Assembly: GCA_945882095.1 (NCBI GenBank)
Contig: CAMCWF010000011.1
Location: forward strand, 496-64,495
Direction of reading: 5' to 3'
From: Chryseobacterium gleum
GTDB lineage: Bacteria; Bacteroidota; Bacteroidia; Flavobacteriales_D; Crocinitomicaceae
DNA: 64,000 bases
The translations under genes were made by a program, and so were the position numbers. Every line of letters starts with the position of its first letter. The first letter of the stretch is position 1. Shown here piece by piece: positions 34,157 through 44,121 of the stretch. Under the pieces are notes generated by a model, which saw only the letters and a program-made list of their open reading frames with translations, ran no database searches and was not told the origin of the DNA.

Positions 34157-36931
34157 ATGGCAATCAAAATAAAGCAAATTGTTCTTTTTTCTTTTGTTCT
34201 TGCCTTTCCGTTTTTTTATTTTTCCCAAACATTGATCATCAATGAATTAAGCCAAGGTCCTTCGGGTGCGAAAGAATTCGTTGAATTTTTGGTTGTACCA
34301 ACGGGAGTGGTAAATCCTTGTCAACAAAATGCCTCTTGTTTAGACATGCGGGGGTGGATTTTTGACGACAACAATAGCTACTTTACACCAGGCAGTACAT
34401 CAGGTGTGGGATTGGCACAGGGGGCTTTGCGTTTTTCAAACAGTGCCTTTTGGTCTTGCATCCCTGTGGGAACGCTAATCGTCGTTTACAATGATGGCGA
34501 CATCAATGCATCTTTGCCCGGAAATGATCTGAGCATGGGTGATGGAAATTGTAAGTTGGTCATACCTGCATCCTCGGGGTTAATAGAGGTAAATGTCAAC
34601 AATCCTTCTGCCGGTTCGCCTTTGGTTTATCCTTTCGCTGGATGGACCCCAGGGGGAATTTGGACGACCACAGGAATGGCAAATGGTGGCGATTCGTATC
34701 AAATTTACTCACCGCTTAATACCAACATCCCAGCGTTTGCTGTAAGCTGGGGAAACAATTCAAGCAATACAATCATTTATTTTGTTGGTCCTGCCACAGG
34801 TACCACTTATTATTTCAACAGCAACACCAACAACCCTTTTCTTCAAGGCAATTGGTCCAGTGCTTCTTCTGCAGGCGGAGACACACCCGGAGCAGGAAAC
34901 AATGCGAATAACATCGCATACATTAATTCACTCACCAATAACTGCTCCCCCTTTCAACCCCTATTGGCCAATCCCTCAGCTGTAAACAGTCTTTGTGCAT
35001 GCAATGGTTCCGTTAACGCAGCGCCGACAGGAGGAGCTGGGTACACCTATCAATGGACCAATTCCCTTGGTCAAAACATTGGTGCCACCGCATCGGTTTC
35101 GAATCTCTGTGCGGGTTGGTATTATGTGCAAGTTGGGTCTGGGGCTTGTACCATTAACGACAGCATACAAATCATTGACAATGGAATTCCTGTGGTTCCT
35201 TCGTTCTCGGCTATGGGACCCTATTGTTTAAATGGTGTCCCGGGAATTTTACCCAATGCTTCGAACAATGGAATCAACGGAACGTGGAGTCCGCCGGTGA
35301 TCAATACGAGTGTGGTTGGGAATGCGACTTATACCTTTACGCCTGCGGCAGGACAATGTGCGAGCAACGCAACGCTAACCGTTAACACGACCAATTCCAT
35401 CAACCCTACGTTCACAGCTATGGGACCTTACTGCTTGAATGGTGTTCCGGGAATTTTGCCCAATGCTTCGAACAATGGAATCAACGGTACATGGAATCCG
35501 CCGGTGATCAATACGAGTGTGGTTGGGAATACGACTTACACCTTTACGCCTGCGGCAGGACAATGTGCGAGCAACGCAACGCTAACCGTTAACACGACCA
35601 ATTCAGTGAATCCAACTTTCACCGCAATGGGTCCTTATTGTGTGAATTCCGTACCTGGTATTTTGCCCAATGTTTCGAACAATGGAATCAACGGAACGTG
35701 GAATCCGCCGGTTATCAATACAGTTGTGATGGGAAATTCGAATTATGTTTTCACGCCTGCAGCTGGACAGTGTGGGGATACTGCTATGTTAACGATAAAT
35801 GTGGACAACCAAGTGTTGCCTGTTTTCAACCCACAAGGTCCGTTTTGTTTAAACACAAATGTCCCAAATCTTCCCAATACCTCTGCGAACGGAATCAGTG
35901 GTACATGGATTCCGCCTGTAGTGAACACTTCCAACATCGGGAATACTGTTTACACCTTCATTCCCAATGTGGGTCAATGTGGAGACACAAACATATTACA
36001 AATACAAATTGTAGACAGTATCCAGCCAAATTTCAATGTTCTGGGTCCCTATTGTTTAAATGAGGTCGCTCCAAATTTACCTGGAACTTCTTTAAATGGA
36101 ATCAATGGCACATGGAATCCACCGATGGTCAATACTTCGGCAATTGGAACAACAACATACACATTTACGCCTACCAATGCAGGGTGTGCAACCAACGCGA
36201 ATGTTGACATTACGATCAATTCCATTGGTGTTTTTGCAGGAAATGACACGACCCTTTGTTCAGGTCAATCACTTGTTTTAACTGCAAATGGTGCCAATAC
36301 CTATGTTTGGAATAATGGCGTTGTGAATGGAGTCTCCTTTATGCCTGTTGTCAGCGGGAATTACATTGTTTGTGGAACGGTAGGCGCTTGCAGTGCTTGC
36401 GATACGCTTGTGGTTACATTGATTCCTACACCAAATGTTTCCTTCGGATCTGTTGTGAATGGAAATGACGTACAGTATCAATACACGGGCAGCCTTGCCC
36501 AAGGGTATCAATGGAACTTTGGCGATGGGAATTCCTCAAATATGGCCAATCCCCTTAATACGTATGCTTTGTCAGGGGTTTACAATGTTACCTTAACGGC
36601 AAACAATGGTCCATGTGTGGGATCAGCGACCAACCAAGTCATTGTTTACGGACCTGAATCTGTGATTGAACCCATTAACGTCATCACGCCCAATGGGGAC
36701 AATGTGAATGACGTATTCGATTTGAATTTAGTAGGGTACAAGAATCTTCAAGGTGTGATCTTAAACCGATGGGGAAATGTGATGGCAATTCTTACACTGG
36801 GTTCTATGACTTGGGACGGAACCACAAACGGAAAACTTGCTGATGAGGGGGTATATTTCTACCAATTTGAAGTAGAACGTTTTTCAGGAAAGAAGGACTT
36901 TCACCAAGGATTTCTTCATTTGTACAGATAA
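34157..36931 (+). CDS. T9SS type B sorting-domain adhesin-like protein (LTD-like N-terminus, 5 x 69-aa repeats, PKD domain, gliding-associated C-terminal domain)
   Basis: Signal peptide. LIINELSQGPSGAKEFVEFLVV is lamin-tail-like. Five tandem 69-aa units are present. The PKD motif is YQWNFGDGNSSN...YNVTLTANNG. The C-terminus is INVITPNGDNVNDVFDL...LNRWGNVM...WDGTTNGKLADEGVYFYQF...GFLHLYR. A TAACTTTG box lies 20 nt upstream. Confidence 0.85.
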   Translation: MAIKIKQIVLFSFVLAFPFFYFSQTLIINELSQGPSGAKEFVEFLVVPTGVVNPCQQNASCLDMRGWIFDDNNSYFTPGSTSGVGLAQGALRFSNSAFWSCIPVGTLIVVYNDGDINASLPGNDLSMGDGNCKLVIPASSGLIEVNVNNPSAGSPLVYPFAGWTPGGIWTTTGMANGGDSYQIYSPLNTNIPAFAVSWGNNSSNTIIYFVGPATGTTYYFNSNTNNPFLQGNWSSASSAGGDTPGAGNNANNIAYINSLTNNCSPFQPLLANPSAVNSLCACNGSVNAAPTGGAGYTYQWTNSLGQNIGATASVSNLCAGWYYVQVGSGACTINDSIQIIDNGIPVVPSFSAMGPYCLNGVPGILPNASNNGINGTWSPPVINTSVVGNATYTFTPAAGQCASNATLTVNTTNSINPTFTAMGPYCLNGVPGILPNASNNGINGTWNPPVINTSVVGNTTYTFTPAAGQCASNATLTVNTTNSVNPTFTAMGPYCVNSVPGILPNVSNNGINGTWNPPVINTVVMGNSNYVFTPAAGQCGDTAMLTINVDNQVLPVFNPQGPFCLNTNVPNLPNTSANGISGTWIPPVVNTSNIGNTVYTFIPNVGQCGDTNILQIQIVDSIQPNFNVLGPYCLNEVAPNLPGTSLNGINGTWNPPMVNTSAIGTTTYTFTPTNAGCATNANVDITINSIGVFAGNDTTLCSGQSLVLTANGANTYVWNNGVVNGVSFMPVVSGNYIVCGTVGACSACDTLVVTLIPTPNVSFGSVVNGNDVQYQYTGSLAQGYQWNFGDGNSSNMANPLNTYALSGVYNVTLTANNGPCVGSATNQVIVYGPESVIEPINVITPNGDNVNDVFDLNLVGYKNLQGVILNRWGNVMAILTLGSMTWDGTTNGKLADEGVYFYQFEVERFSGKKDFHQGFLHLYR
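35198..36232 (+). repeat. Five in-frame tandem repeats of 207 nt (69 aa) inside the adhesin gene
   Basis: Units start at 35198, 35405, 35612, 35819 and 36026 (P[ST]F[ST]AMGPYC..., PVFNPQGPFC..., PNFNVLGPYC...). Units 1 and 2 differ at 19 of 207 nt by my hand count and share a perfect 65-nt run. Units 3 to 5 are progressively more diverged. Confidence 0.9.
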
Positions 36932-36936
36932 AAAAA

Positions 36937-37321
36937 GGCAAATCATAAGCCGGGTTCTGTACACTCGATCACACGTGATCTCGCTGTCTATCATTTATCT
37001 AGCACTGACGTCACCATCAGCGTCAATCGACCTACCCTCCAAGATCGGGCGAGCAGCCCTTAATGTCAATGACATACTTGGTATACATGGTCTTTCAGCT
37101 CGTAAGGTTTACCCTGCCTCCTCCATCACTGCAGGAGCGGTGAGCTCTTACCTCCCCTTTTCACCTTTTCCCCAACGAAGCAAGCTTGCTGAGGTAGTTT
37201 ATTTTCTGCGGCACTTTCTGTATCCCTAAAAGGAACCCTTCCCGTTAGGAAGTACGATGCTCTGCGCTGCCCGGACTTTCCTCCCTCCCGTAAAAACGAG
37301 AGAGCGATAGACTGATTTGCC
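36937..37321 (-). ncRNA. rnpB: RNase P RNA, bacterial type A
   Basis: The reverse complement reads GGCAAATCAGTCTATCGC...GGGAGGGAGGAAAGTCCGGGCAGC...GGTAAGAGCTCACC...ACAGAACCCGGCTTATGATTTGCC. It contains the universally conserved GGAAAGTCCGGGC (P4 5' strand) and ACAGAACCCGGCTTA (P4 3' strand) elements. The P1 stem is formed by GGCAAATCA and TGATTTGCC. The ends are approximate to within a few nt. Confidence 0.9.
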
Positions 37322-37325
37322 GACG

Positions 37326-37333
37326 CAAAGGTA
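37326..37333 (-). promoter_or_regulatory. Bacteroidota -7 promoter box (TACCTTTG) for rnpB
   Basis: On the minus strand, TACCTTTG (TAnnTTTG consensus) ends 4 nt before the predicted first G of the RNase P RNA P1 stem. Confidence 0.5.
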
Positions 37334-37337
37334 TAGA

Positions 37338-38417
37338 TTACAATTTGATAAGGCTAATAACTTTGAAATCACCTGATGCCTTAATTCTCAATTGGTAGCT
37401 TCCGGCTGCTACGTCAGATAAATCCAACGACGCATTGGTTTCACCTTTAAAGGATTTTTTCAACACTTCTTTACCAGATGGGTCGACCAAAGTGATTTCT
37501 TGAATATCGGACTCTGATTGGATAAACACTTCGTTTGTTACAGGATTTGGGCCCATGGTAACAACAAATTTTGCTTCATCCAGTCCTGCGTCCAATCCCA
37601 AATAGTCTTGTTGATACTCAACAGAATTGATGGTTCCATTCACTTCAATGGCTTTTAGCAACCATTCTTTTTCACCATTTGCAAACCACTCGTATTCTGT
37701 CGTTTGTGTAGGGGGAGCGCCAAACCATGTTCCCGCCCCAAAAAACGTTTGGTAAACGGAATCGATTTCTGAGATGTCGTGCCTTAACCGCAAGGTTTGG
37801 AAGGTTCCTTTCGGTGTAATTAAGGTTCCCCACCCATCTACAGAAGTCGAACGTTGACGGTATTGTTTGATTTTGAAATCGATGACTGGGTTTAAATCAA
37901 TGTAGGTATACCCCCTTGAAAAATGACTGTCGTTGAATGCCAAAGGCAATTTATACCTGGTTTCAATGGTGTCTGATTTAAAAGGCACGCCTTGGCCGTT
38001 TACACTGATTGAGTAACCAAGCGAGGTTATAGAATCAGCCATCCTTTTTGTGTATTGATTTAAATCACTAAGGGTAACCGGTAAAAATTGGGAAAGTTGT
38101 GCCAATGGCAAATCGTTCGTTGGATTGAAATAGGTTGCTTTGTAATTGGTCGATGCCAGAGGACCGTAGGTTGTAAAAACAAGAATGGAAGCAAACCCAA
38201 TGGGTTTGTATTGTTTCAGATATTGTGAAGTTGCAGTTAAACTGCTGAAGTCCCAGGTAACATTGGCGCCTGTGGTGGCGAAATCCAATGCGCCACCCGT
38301 TGTTTGACTGATGCGAACGGTATCACCTGCGGTAGCGAAATCATTCACTGAAACGGTGATTTGTGCAAAAGAAGAAGTGTATAAACACAAAAGGGCGATG
38401 AGAATCCTTGGTTTCAT
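37338..38417 (-). CDS. Secreted protein of unknown function with a T9SS type A C-terminal sorting domain
   Basis: The track ORF runs to 38558. The ATG at 38417 gives the signal peptide [19 protein letters not shown]. The C-terminus GPNPVTNEVFIQSESDIQEITLVDPSGKEV...LDLSDVAAGSYQLRIKASGDFKVISLIKL fits the Por sorting domain. Confidence 0.8.
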   Translation of the reverse strand: MKPRILIALLCLYTSSFAQITVSVNDFATAGDTVRISQTTGGALDFATTGANVTWDFSSLTATSQYLKQYKPIGFASILVFTTYGPLASTNYKATYFNPTNDLPLAQLSQFLPVTLSDLNQYTKRMADSITSLGYSISVNGQGVPFKSDTIETRYKLPLAFNDSHFSRGYTYIDLNPVIDFKIKQYRQRSTSVDGWGTLITPKGTFQTLRLRHDISEIDSVYQTFFGAGTWFGAPPTQTTEYEWFANGEKEWLLKAIEVNGTINSVEYQQDYLGLDAGLDEAKFVVTMGPNPVTNEVFIQSESDIQEITLVDPSGKEVLKKSFKGETNASLDLSDVAAGSYQLRIKASGDFKVISLIKL

Positions 38418-41400
38418 AGGTAAGATTTGGCTGGTTAAAATTACAACAAAAACGAATGGAAATAAAAACGCTAGTATCTTTAACCCGGTGAAAGAAGAAT
38501 TTGACTTTATTGAAGAGCTCAACCTATTGGCGAATGAATTAAAGGCATTTCGTTCCAATGATTTATTGGTAAACCTAAATAAAGACGCCGTATTTCCATG
38601 GCAGGGAGAACAACAAGCGCTGAACAGCGACCTTCAAAAACTGATCAAGGAAGCCCATAAATTTGAGCAAAACCAAGGAATTCACCCGTTATGCCTGAGT
38701 GAAGGCGTTCTTAAAACCACCTATAAAGACAAGGAGATTGTTTGCCCTGTTTTCTTGTATTACGTTACCCCTACCCTTTCTGTCGTAAAGGATGAAGTAC
38801 GGTGGACGGTAGCTGAGGAAACCTGTTTTGTGAATCCCTTTTTGACAACCATGTTCGAAAAGGAGGTATTATCCACAGAGGAAGACCCTAAATCCTTTTG
38901 GACAGCGTGGTTGCAGCAAGAGGGGCTCCATTTCGAGCCAGACGTTAAATACCTTGGGAATTTCCATCCCTTTCGTTATGCATTGTTAAAGGATATTTCA
39001 GGTCTTTTAGAAAACGATAAAGGGAAAAAAATGGCCTTCCTGTTTTCCGACGAAATGGGTACTCCCGAAAAAATCAATATTCCAAGTGGATATTTGTTCG
39101 GTATAGACGGATCACAAGTCCAAGCTTTGAATGCTGCATATCAAGGCCACACAGTCGTACAAGGTCCGCCGGGCACTGGGAAATCACAAGTGATTGGTAA
39201 CCTTGTAGGAAAAGCCCTATTCGACCAAAAAAAGGTGCTTGTTTGTGCACAAAAAAAGCAAGCCTTGGAAGTGATTTTCGCGAAACTAAAATCCATTGGA
39301 CTGGATGATTTTTGCATCTTAAAGCCGGTTGAAGCAAGTTCAAAAAGTGTGGTTAAATCCATTGAACATACTTGGAAAAAGCTTGAAGAAAAAACCAAAG
39401 CCAATTGCCAGAAGTCCAACTTCGAATTTGACTTACAGAAAGCCCAAAACCTTCTGACAACCTATCATCAAGAAGGCCTAATTGGCAAACTAAGCCCAAA
39501 GGCTTTCTTAGAAATCTCGGCAATCAACCTAAAGGAAAAGCACACATTTGTTTCCGGACTGCCGTCGTTTGACCTTTGGCACGAATCTCAAAAAGCGTTA
39601 GCATCCCTGCCCGAATCTTTACTGGTTTCACTTTCCTTTTTACAATTAAACGGGAATCTTTCTTTAGCATACGAAGACATTCTGGAGCGTACAGAAAAAA
39701 GCATCAAACGCTTGGAAGACTTGAGATTAATGGATTCCAGTTTTTCAGGTCTTCGCACAAAGTTTATGCATGCACAATTGGTTCATACCTATGGATCCGA
39801 GCGCGCTCAAAAATGCCTTGCATGGATTCCAAAATCGAGTAAGATTGAAAAACTTCTACGAAAAAAAGCAAAATTAGCTTTGGAAATCGAGGCGTTTAAT
39901 GCAGATTCTTCTGCATGGAAAAAAATCCCTTCCGTCTCGGAGCTCACCTTTTTATTTGGGGTATTTCAACAAACTGGATTTTTATCCTCCTTTAAGAAGG
40001 CCAAGTTGCGTAAAACATGGCTAAGAACCCCCGAAGTAGATTTGGTCCCTTTGATGAAGAAAACCGTCGTCTACCATGACCTCTTAAAAATGCAACACTC
40101 GGTTGAACAAGAATTTCTAACCTTAGGGTTTTTAGATACGGCAACAGAACTTCCGCTTTTCAATGCCTTCAAGGCGATGTACGACTCAGAAAATTTTAAA
40201 ATTTTCAACGCTTTATCCACGCAAGAAATACAGTTTTACCGCACACACTTTTCTGTCTTAAATGCTTTATTTCATGAATTAAAAACACATTATTTCTGGG
40301 AAGAAAATCACAATCCACATGCTTTGTTGCGTTCCTTTTTAGCCAATTTTAACGAGGGGATGAAACACCTAAAAACGTGGGATTCATTGCCCCCTGTCCT
40401 ACGCCAATCGTTTCGACACCATCAGAAAAAAGAAAAGTTAGCACAAGCCATCGTGTCGAGCACATGGTCGCAATTTGTCATGGAACACCCTTCCTTTGAA
40501 AGTTTTACACGGGAGGGAATACTCCTTCGCACAAGAGAATTGGGAGGAAATTTTCACCAAGCATCGCTGTCTTTTGCGGAAGCCATTGAATTAAAAAGGA
40601 AGCAAAAATTCGAATCATTCCATGACTTGATGGGAAAACCGAATCATAAATTAACGCCAGAAGAAAAGGACTTCAAACGGATTTTGGTTCAAGGAAAACG
40701 AATATTGGTCAAAGCGTTTAACCGGCAGCGAAACTTTCCTAGTATTCGGATGTTGATGATGGGAGATGCAAGGCATTGGATCCAAGTTTTAAAACCTGTA
40801 TGGTTAAGCAGCCCGTTGCAACTGGCGGAGGACTTTCCGTTGGAACCACAACTTTTCGAATACGGCATTTTTGACGAAGCGAGTCAAATACCGCTTTCAA
40901 ATGCTTTGGGGGCAATGTTTCGAAGTGAGAAAATACTTGTTTCAGGAGATTCTCAGCAAATGCCACCGATTCAGTTTTTTCAGACGGGTGCGTTGGAGCA
41001 GGTTTCATTGTTAGACCATAGCGCATATTACCTAGCGAATTTTCAATTAAGGTTTCATTACCGCGCCGAACAACCTGAACTTATTTCCTTTTCCAATCGG
41101 TATTTTTACAATAATTCGTTGATCGCTTTCCCTTCTTATCCCAAGAAACCCTCCCTTTTCTGGCATTACATCAAGGATGGCATGTTTGAAAACGGTGAAA
41201 ATGAGGTCGAAAATGAAGCTGTGTCCAAGCTGGTAAGACAGGCATTAACGGAGGCGGAATCAAAAATCGGGGTGGTTACTTTTTCTGAAAAACAATTACA
41301 ATCCCTTTTGAAAAAATTCAGTTGGGAGGAGCGTGTTGTGCTTGCGGAGCGCATGGAAAAAGGCCTTATGTTTATGAAAACCTTGGAACAGGTGCAAGGG

Positions 41401-41808
41401 GATGAATGTGATGAGATCATCGTGGCGTTTGGGTACGGTAAAAATGCACTTGGGAAATTCGAAATGCGTTTTGGTCCATTGAATTTAGAAAGTGGTCGCA
41501 AAAGATTGAACGTCTTGTTTTCAAGGGCAAGAAAAAAAATACATTTTGTTTCTTCCGTGCGTGGGGAGGACTTTCCTGTTTCAAGCAATGAATCCATTCG
41601 ACTCTTAACCAAATGGTTTGAATTTTTGAGCGATCCAAAAGATCAGATTGATTTTCATTTTCCCCTTGAGGCGGTCTACCAACACCATAACAACCAACTC
41701 ATTTTCAAAAATTTAGCCGACATTTCACCTTCGGTATTTGACTTGATCTCAGTTGTAACCGTGTTGGAGCAGAGGGGTTGGGAAATCAAAGAGTCGGCTT
41801 CCTCTTAG
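38398..41808 (+). CDS. Large superfamily-1 (Upf1/DNA2-like, AAA_11/AAA_12) helicase with a DUF4011-like N-terminal region
   Basis: Walker [13 protein letters not shown], motif [32 protein letters not shown] and [11 protein letters not shown]. The N-terminal [19 protein letters not shown]...[12 protein letters not shown]...CPVFLY resembles DUF4011. About 560 aa are inserted between Walker A and motif II. The start is ambiguous: ATG 38311, ATG 38398 or GTG 38488. Confidence 0.8.
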   Translation: MRILGFIGKIWLVKITTKTNGNKNASIFNPVKEEFDFIEELNLLANELKAFRSNDLLVNLNKDAVFPWQGEQQALNSDLQKLIKEAHKFEQNQGIHPLCLSEGVLKTTYKDKEIVCPVFLYYVTPTLSVVKDEVRWTVAEETCFVNPFLTTMFEKEVLSTEEDPKSFWTAWLQQEGLHFEPDVKYLGNFHPFRYALLKDISGLLENDKGKKMAFLFSDEMGTPEKINIPSGYLFGIDGSQVQALNAAYQGHTVVQGPPGTGKSQVIGNLVGKALFDQKKVLVCAQKKQALEVIFAKLKSIGLDDFCILKPVEASSKSVVKSIEHTWKKLEEKTKANCQKSNFEFDLQKAQNLLTTYHQEGLIGKLSPKAFLEISAINLKEKHTFVSGLPSFDLWHESQKALASLPESLLVSLSFLQLNGNLSLAYEDILERTEKSIKRLEDLRLMDSSFSGLRTKFMHAQLVHTYGSERAQKCLAWIPKSSKIEKLLRKKAKLALEIEAFNADSSAWKKIPSVSELTFLFGVFQQTGFLSSFKKAKLRKTWLRTPEVDLVPLMKKTVVYHDLLKMQHSVEQEFLTLGFLDTATELPLFNAFKAMYDSENFKIFNALSTQEIQFYRTHFSVLNALFHELKTHYFWEENHNPHALLRSFLANFNEGMKHLKTWDSLPPVLRQSFRHHQKKEKLAQAIVSSTWSQFVMEHPSFESFTREGILLRTRELGGNFHQASLSFAEAIELKRKQKFESFHDLMGKPNHKLTPEEKDFKRILVQGKRILVKAFNRQRNFPSIRMLMMGDARHWIQVLKPVWLSSPLQLAEDFPLEPQLFEYGIFDEASQIPLSNALGAMFRSEKILVSGDSQQMPPIQFFQTGALEQVSLLDHSAYYLANFQLRFHYRAEQPELISFSNRYFYNNSLIAFPSYPKKPSLFWHYIKDGMFENGENEVENEAVSKLVRQALTEAESKIGVVTFSEKQLQSLLKKFSWEERVVLAERMEKGLMFMKTLEQVQGDECDEIIVAFGYGKNALGKFEMRFGPLNLESGRKRLNVLFSRARKKIHFVSSVRGEDFPVSSNESIRLLTKWFEFLSDPKDQIDFHFPLEAVYQHHNNQLIFKNLADISPSVFDLISVVTVLEQRGWEIKESASS

Positions 41809-42034
41809 GAACGGGGTCGTGACCATGGCCACCCCAGGGATGGCATTTTGAAATTCTACGCAATCCTAACCAAGTGCCTTTGATCAATCCCCATTCTTTT
41901 AAAGATTCAATCATGTAGGTGGAACACGTGGGTGTAAACCTGCAACTGGGAGGAAATAAGGGCGAAATTAAATACTGATAACCTTTCACCAACAATAGAA
42001 AAGGAAATATAGCAATCTTTCGAAATACAGACAT
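41786..42034 (-). CDS. yidD: Membrane protein insertion efficiency factor YidD
   Basis: [58 protein letters not shown] is the YidD signature. The track start at 42040 is TTG, so the ATG at 42034 is preferred. The 3' end overlaps the helicase 3' end by 23 nt. Confidence 0.9.
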   Translation of the reverse strand: MSVFRKIAIFPFLLLVKGYQYLISPLFPPSCRFTPTCSTYMIESLKEWGLIKGTWLGLRRISKCHPWGGHGHDPVPKRKPTL

Positions 42035-42119
42035 TTTCAAAGTTAAGGATTAAAAAAGCAATGTTTGTAAATAACGTTGACAAGAAAAGTGAGGTGACAA
42101 ATAATCTGTAAATTCACCC

Positions 42120-43070
42120 ATGCAAAAAAAAGGAATTGTCATTCTCTCCATGGTTTTAAGTATCCCTTTGTTTAACACGCTAGGTCAAAGTTGGTCCCAC
42201 GAACAAATTAGGGTAAAAACAAAAAGTACCTTAAACACGATCATGGGTGCAGACGCCTTATTTGAGGACCGGTGGACAGAGTTACCACAACCAAATTTTT
42301 GGAAACGAATCATGACTTTATCCCCAGATACTTGTTTGGTAAATGTTGCCAAAAACAGATTGATTATAGATCAAATGAGTATCAAGGCTTGGCATTCAAA
42401 ATCTGAAATTGAAAAAGAATTGTACAAAAAGGACATCAGGAAAGCGAATGGATTGGATTCGAACGAAAACATTTACATTACGACCGGTAAAAGTGATTTC
42501 TATCGTTTTCATGAGGTGTATCCTTCCTTGGGGAAAGGAATTGAGGCATTTGAAAACAATCATGTTGACCCTTGGTATGCACAAGCCATATTGTTAATCG
42601 AAAGCCCTGCCCAACTTAAAAAATCTGTGAGTGGTGCCTATGGCCCGTTTCAGCTGATGCCTTCTGTTGCAAAAAATTACGGATTGATTGTGAATGCGAC
42701 GAAAGATGAACGCGCCCTTTTTGATCGAAGTGCGTATGCCGCGAGCCAGCTCATCAAAACCTCTTGCATCCCTTCTGCAAAAAAAATAGTAAGCCAATAT
42801 GGATTAAGTTATTCAGAAAATGACCTTTGGTTTCGATTGTTGGTCATGCATGTCTATCATGCCGGAGCTCAAAATGTTGCTGCGGTGGTCTCCCGAATCA
42901 ATCCGCAAGCAGGTTCAAAAGAGTTGATCCAAAAAATGTGGGTGACCAGCGCTGCAAGTTTTGGCAACAACTCCCAAAATTACAGTCAACTTGTCCTGGC
43001 TGCGCAATGGATGTTACACGATTATGTATATTCCCGATGTGACGAGGTCGAATCATGTGCTAAGAAATAG
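42120..43070 (+). CDS. Lytic transglycosylase (SLT-like) domain protein, secreted
   Basis: Signal peptide. AILLIESPAQLKKSVSGAYGPFQLMPSVAKNYGL matches the SLT catalytic E-S ... GLMQ-like pattern. Confidence 0.7.
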   Translation: MQKKGIVILSMVLSIPLFNTLGQSWSHEQIRVKTKSTLNTIMGADALFEDRWTELPQPNFWKRIMTLSPDTCLVNVAKNRLIIDQMSIKAWHSKSEIEKELYKKDIRKANGLDSNENIYITTGKSDFYRFHEVYPSLGKGIEAFENNHVDPWYAQAILLIESPAQLKKSVSGAYGPFQLMPSVAKNYGLIVNATKDERALFDRSAYAASQLIKTSCIPSAKKIVSQYGLSYSENDLWFRLLVMHVYHAGAQNVAAVVSRINPQAGSKELIQKMWVTSAASFGNNSQNYSQLVLAAQWMLHDYVYSRCDEVESCAKK

Positions 43071-44121
43071 CATACCACATTTCTCCGCTTCGTATGTCTA
43101 AATTCGTTGGGAAATTTGTCTCAAACACCCCACCTGTACCCAAGCCTTGAGGCAGTAAATCGGAGTAGGCTCCTGCAAGCTGCGCAATGGCATTCAAACC
43201 AACATTCGATTCTAAAGCCGAGGTTAGCCACCACCCTATCCCTAACCTTTCAGCCAATTGTATCCATTCTTGTGCACCGCGGATGCCTCCATGTAAACTT
43301 GGCTTTAAAATAATGTATTGCGGTTTAATCGTTTCCAACAGTTTGGTTTTGGATTCAATACCTGTACAACCAATTAAAGATTCATCGAGGGCAATGGGAA
43401 CGATGTTTAAAGTCGCCAATTCTGCCAAAAGCAGAGGGTCTGAAACGCCAGAAGGTTGTTCGATGGAGTGGACTTCTAAATTGCGTAAAGCTTCGAGGAC
43501 ATCAAACACATTTGACCGCTTAAATGCTCCATTGGCATCTACGCGCACAGTGAGTTTTTCCTTCGGGAAGCGGGCGCGTAAATCGGTTAGCATCTTCAAT
43601 TCTGCGTCCCAATCCATGGTGCCGATTTTATACTTCAGGACCGAATATCCTTCGTCAAGTTTTCGTTGGGTTTGGGCATTCATAAATTCGATGGTTCCCA
43701 TCCAAATGAGCCCATTGATCGGGATGGAACGTTTACCTTGGGTAAAAGAATTGTCAAAAAGCACCCCTTTCGTTGAGGACAATAGGTCTAAAATTGCCCC
43801 CTCTATTCCAAAACACAGGGAAGGGAATTTTAACAGTTTGGGGAAAAAATGAGTAAGGTTTTCGTACAATGTAACCAAAGGTTCCTTCACCTGCAGGAAT
43901 GCAATTACAAAATCTGACAACTCTTTTTCGTACTGCTGGTCATTTTCATAATCCGGGGAAAGTCCTTCTATGATGCTGCATTCTCCGATGCCAATGTTCC
44001 CATTATCTTGTAAGGAAAGCAACCACAGTTTCTTCTTGTGCATCACGCCCCTGCTGGTACCACCCGGAATTTTGAAGGTTAATTCATGTTTTTGAAAGGA
44101 AAGTGTTCTGTTTACATCCAT
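43060..44121 (-). CDS. menC: Enolase-superfamily enzyme, most likely o-succinylbenzoate synthase (MenC) or a related racemase/epimerase
   Basis: KxK motif (LKYKIG), metal ligands VRVDANGAF, IEQP and ALDESL, and a second catalytic Lys in ILKPSLHGG. The track start at 44157 is GTG, and the ATG at 44121 overlaps the asnB 3' end by 10 nt. Confidence 0.6.
   Translation of the reverse strand: MDVNRTLSFQKHELTFKIPGGTSRGVMHKKKLWLLSLQDNGNIGIGECSIIEGLSPDYENDQQYEKELSDFVIAFLQVKEPLVTLYENLTHFFPKLLKFPSLCFGIEGAILDLLSSTKGVLFDNSFTQGKRSIPINGLIWMGTIEFMNAQTQRKLDEGYSVLKYKIGTMDWDAELKMLTDLRARFPKEKLTVRVDANGAFKRSNVFDVLEALRNLEVHSIEQPSGVSDPLLLAELATLNIVPIALDESLIGCTGIESKTKLLETIKPQYIILKPSLHGGIRGAQEWIQLAERLGIGWWLTSALESNVGLNAIAQLAGAYSDLLPQGLGTGGVFETNFPTNLDIRSGEMWYAIS

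Noticed and set aside
35198-36232. Tandem repeats as a CRISPR array or a diversity-generating retroelement target
   Set aside because: The repeats are contiguous 207-nt in-frame coding units without spacers. There are no cas genes, no reverse transcriptase and no template repeat in the window.
36975-37229. 84-aa plus-strand ORF from the track
   Set aside because: It lies entirely antisense within the RNase P RNA gene. The conserved rnpB elements on the minus strand explain the region.
38311-41808. The helicase as the core of a defence system (Mokosh- or Hachiman-like)
   Set aside because: No nuclease domain or partner gene is visible. The flanks are housekeeping or T9SS genes, and there are no mobile-element hallmarks. 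It is kept only as a lower-interest finding.
36937-42034. Proximity of rnpB and yidD as an RNase P-related operon
   Set aside because: yidD normally accompanies rnpA (the protein subunit) and yidC, and neither is here. The two loci are separated by two unrelated genes, so the proximity is most likely coincidence.
43187-43852. 221-aa plus-strand ORF, and similar long antisense ORFs at 31476..31895, 18427..18807, 41166..41612, 23531..23905, 45303..45731 and 3855..4319
   Set aside because: Each lies inside, and antisense to, a gene with clear family motifs. Their products are Ser/Pro/Arg-rich or otherwise featureless, so they are typical shadow ORFs.
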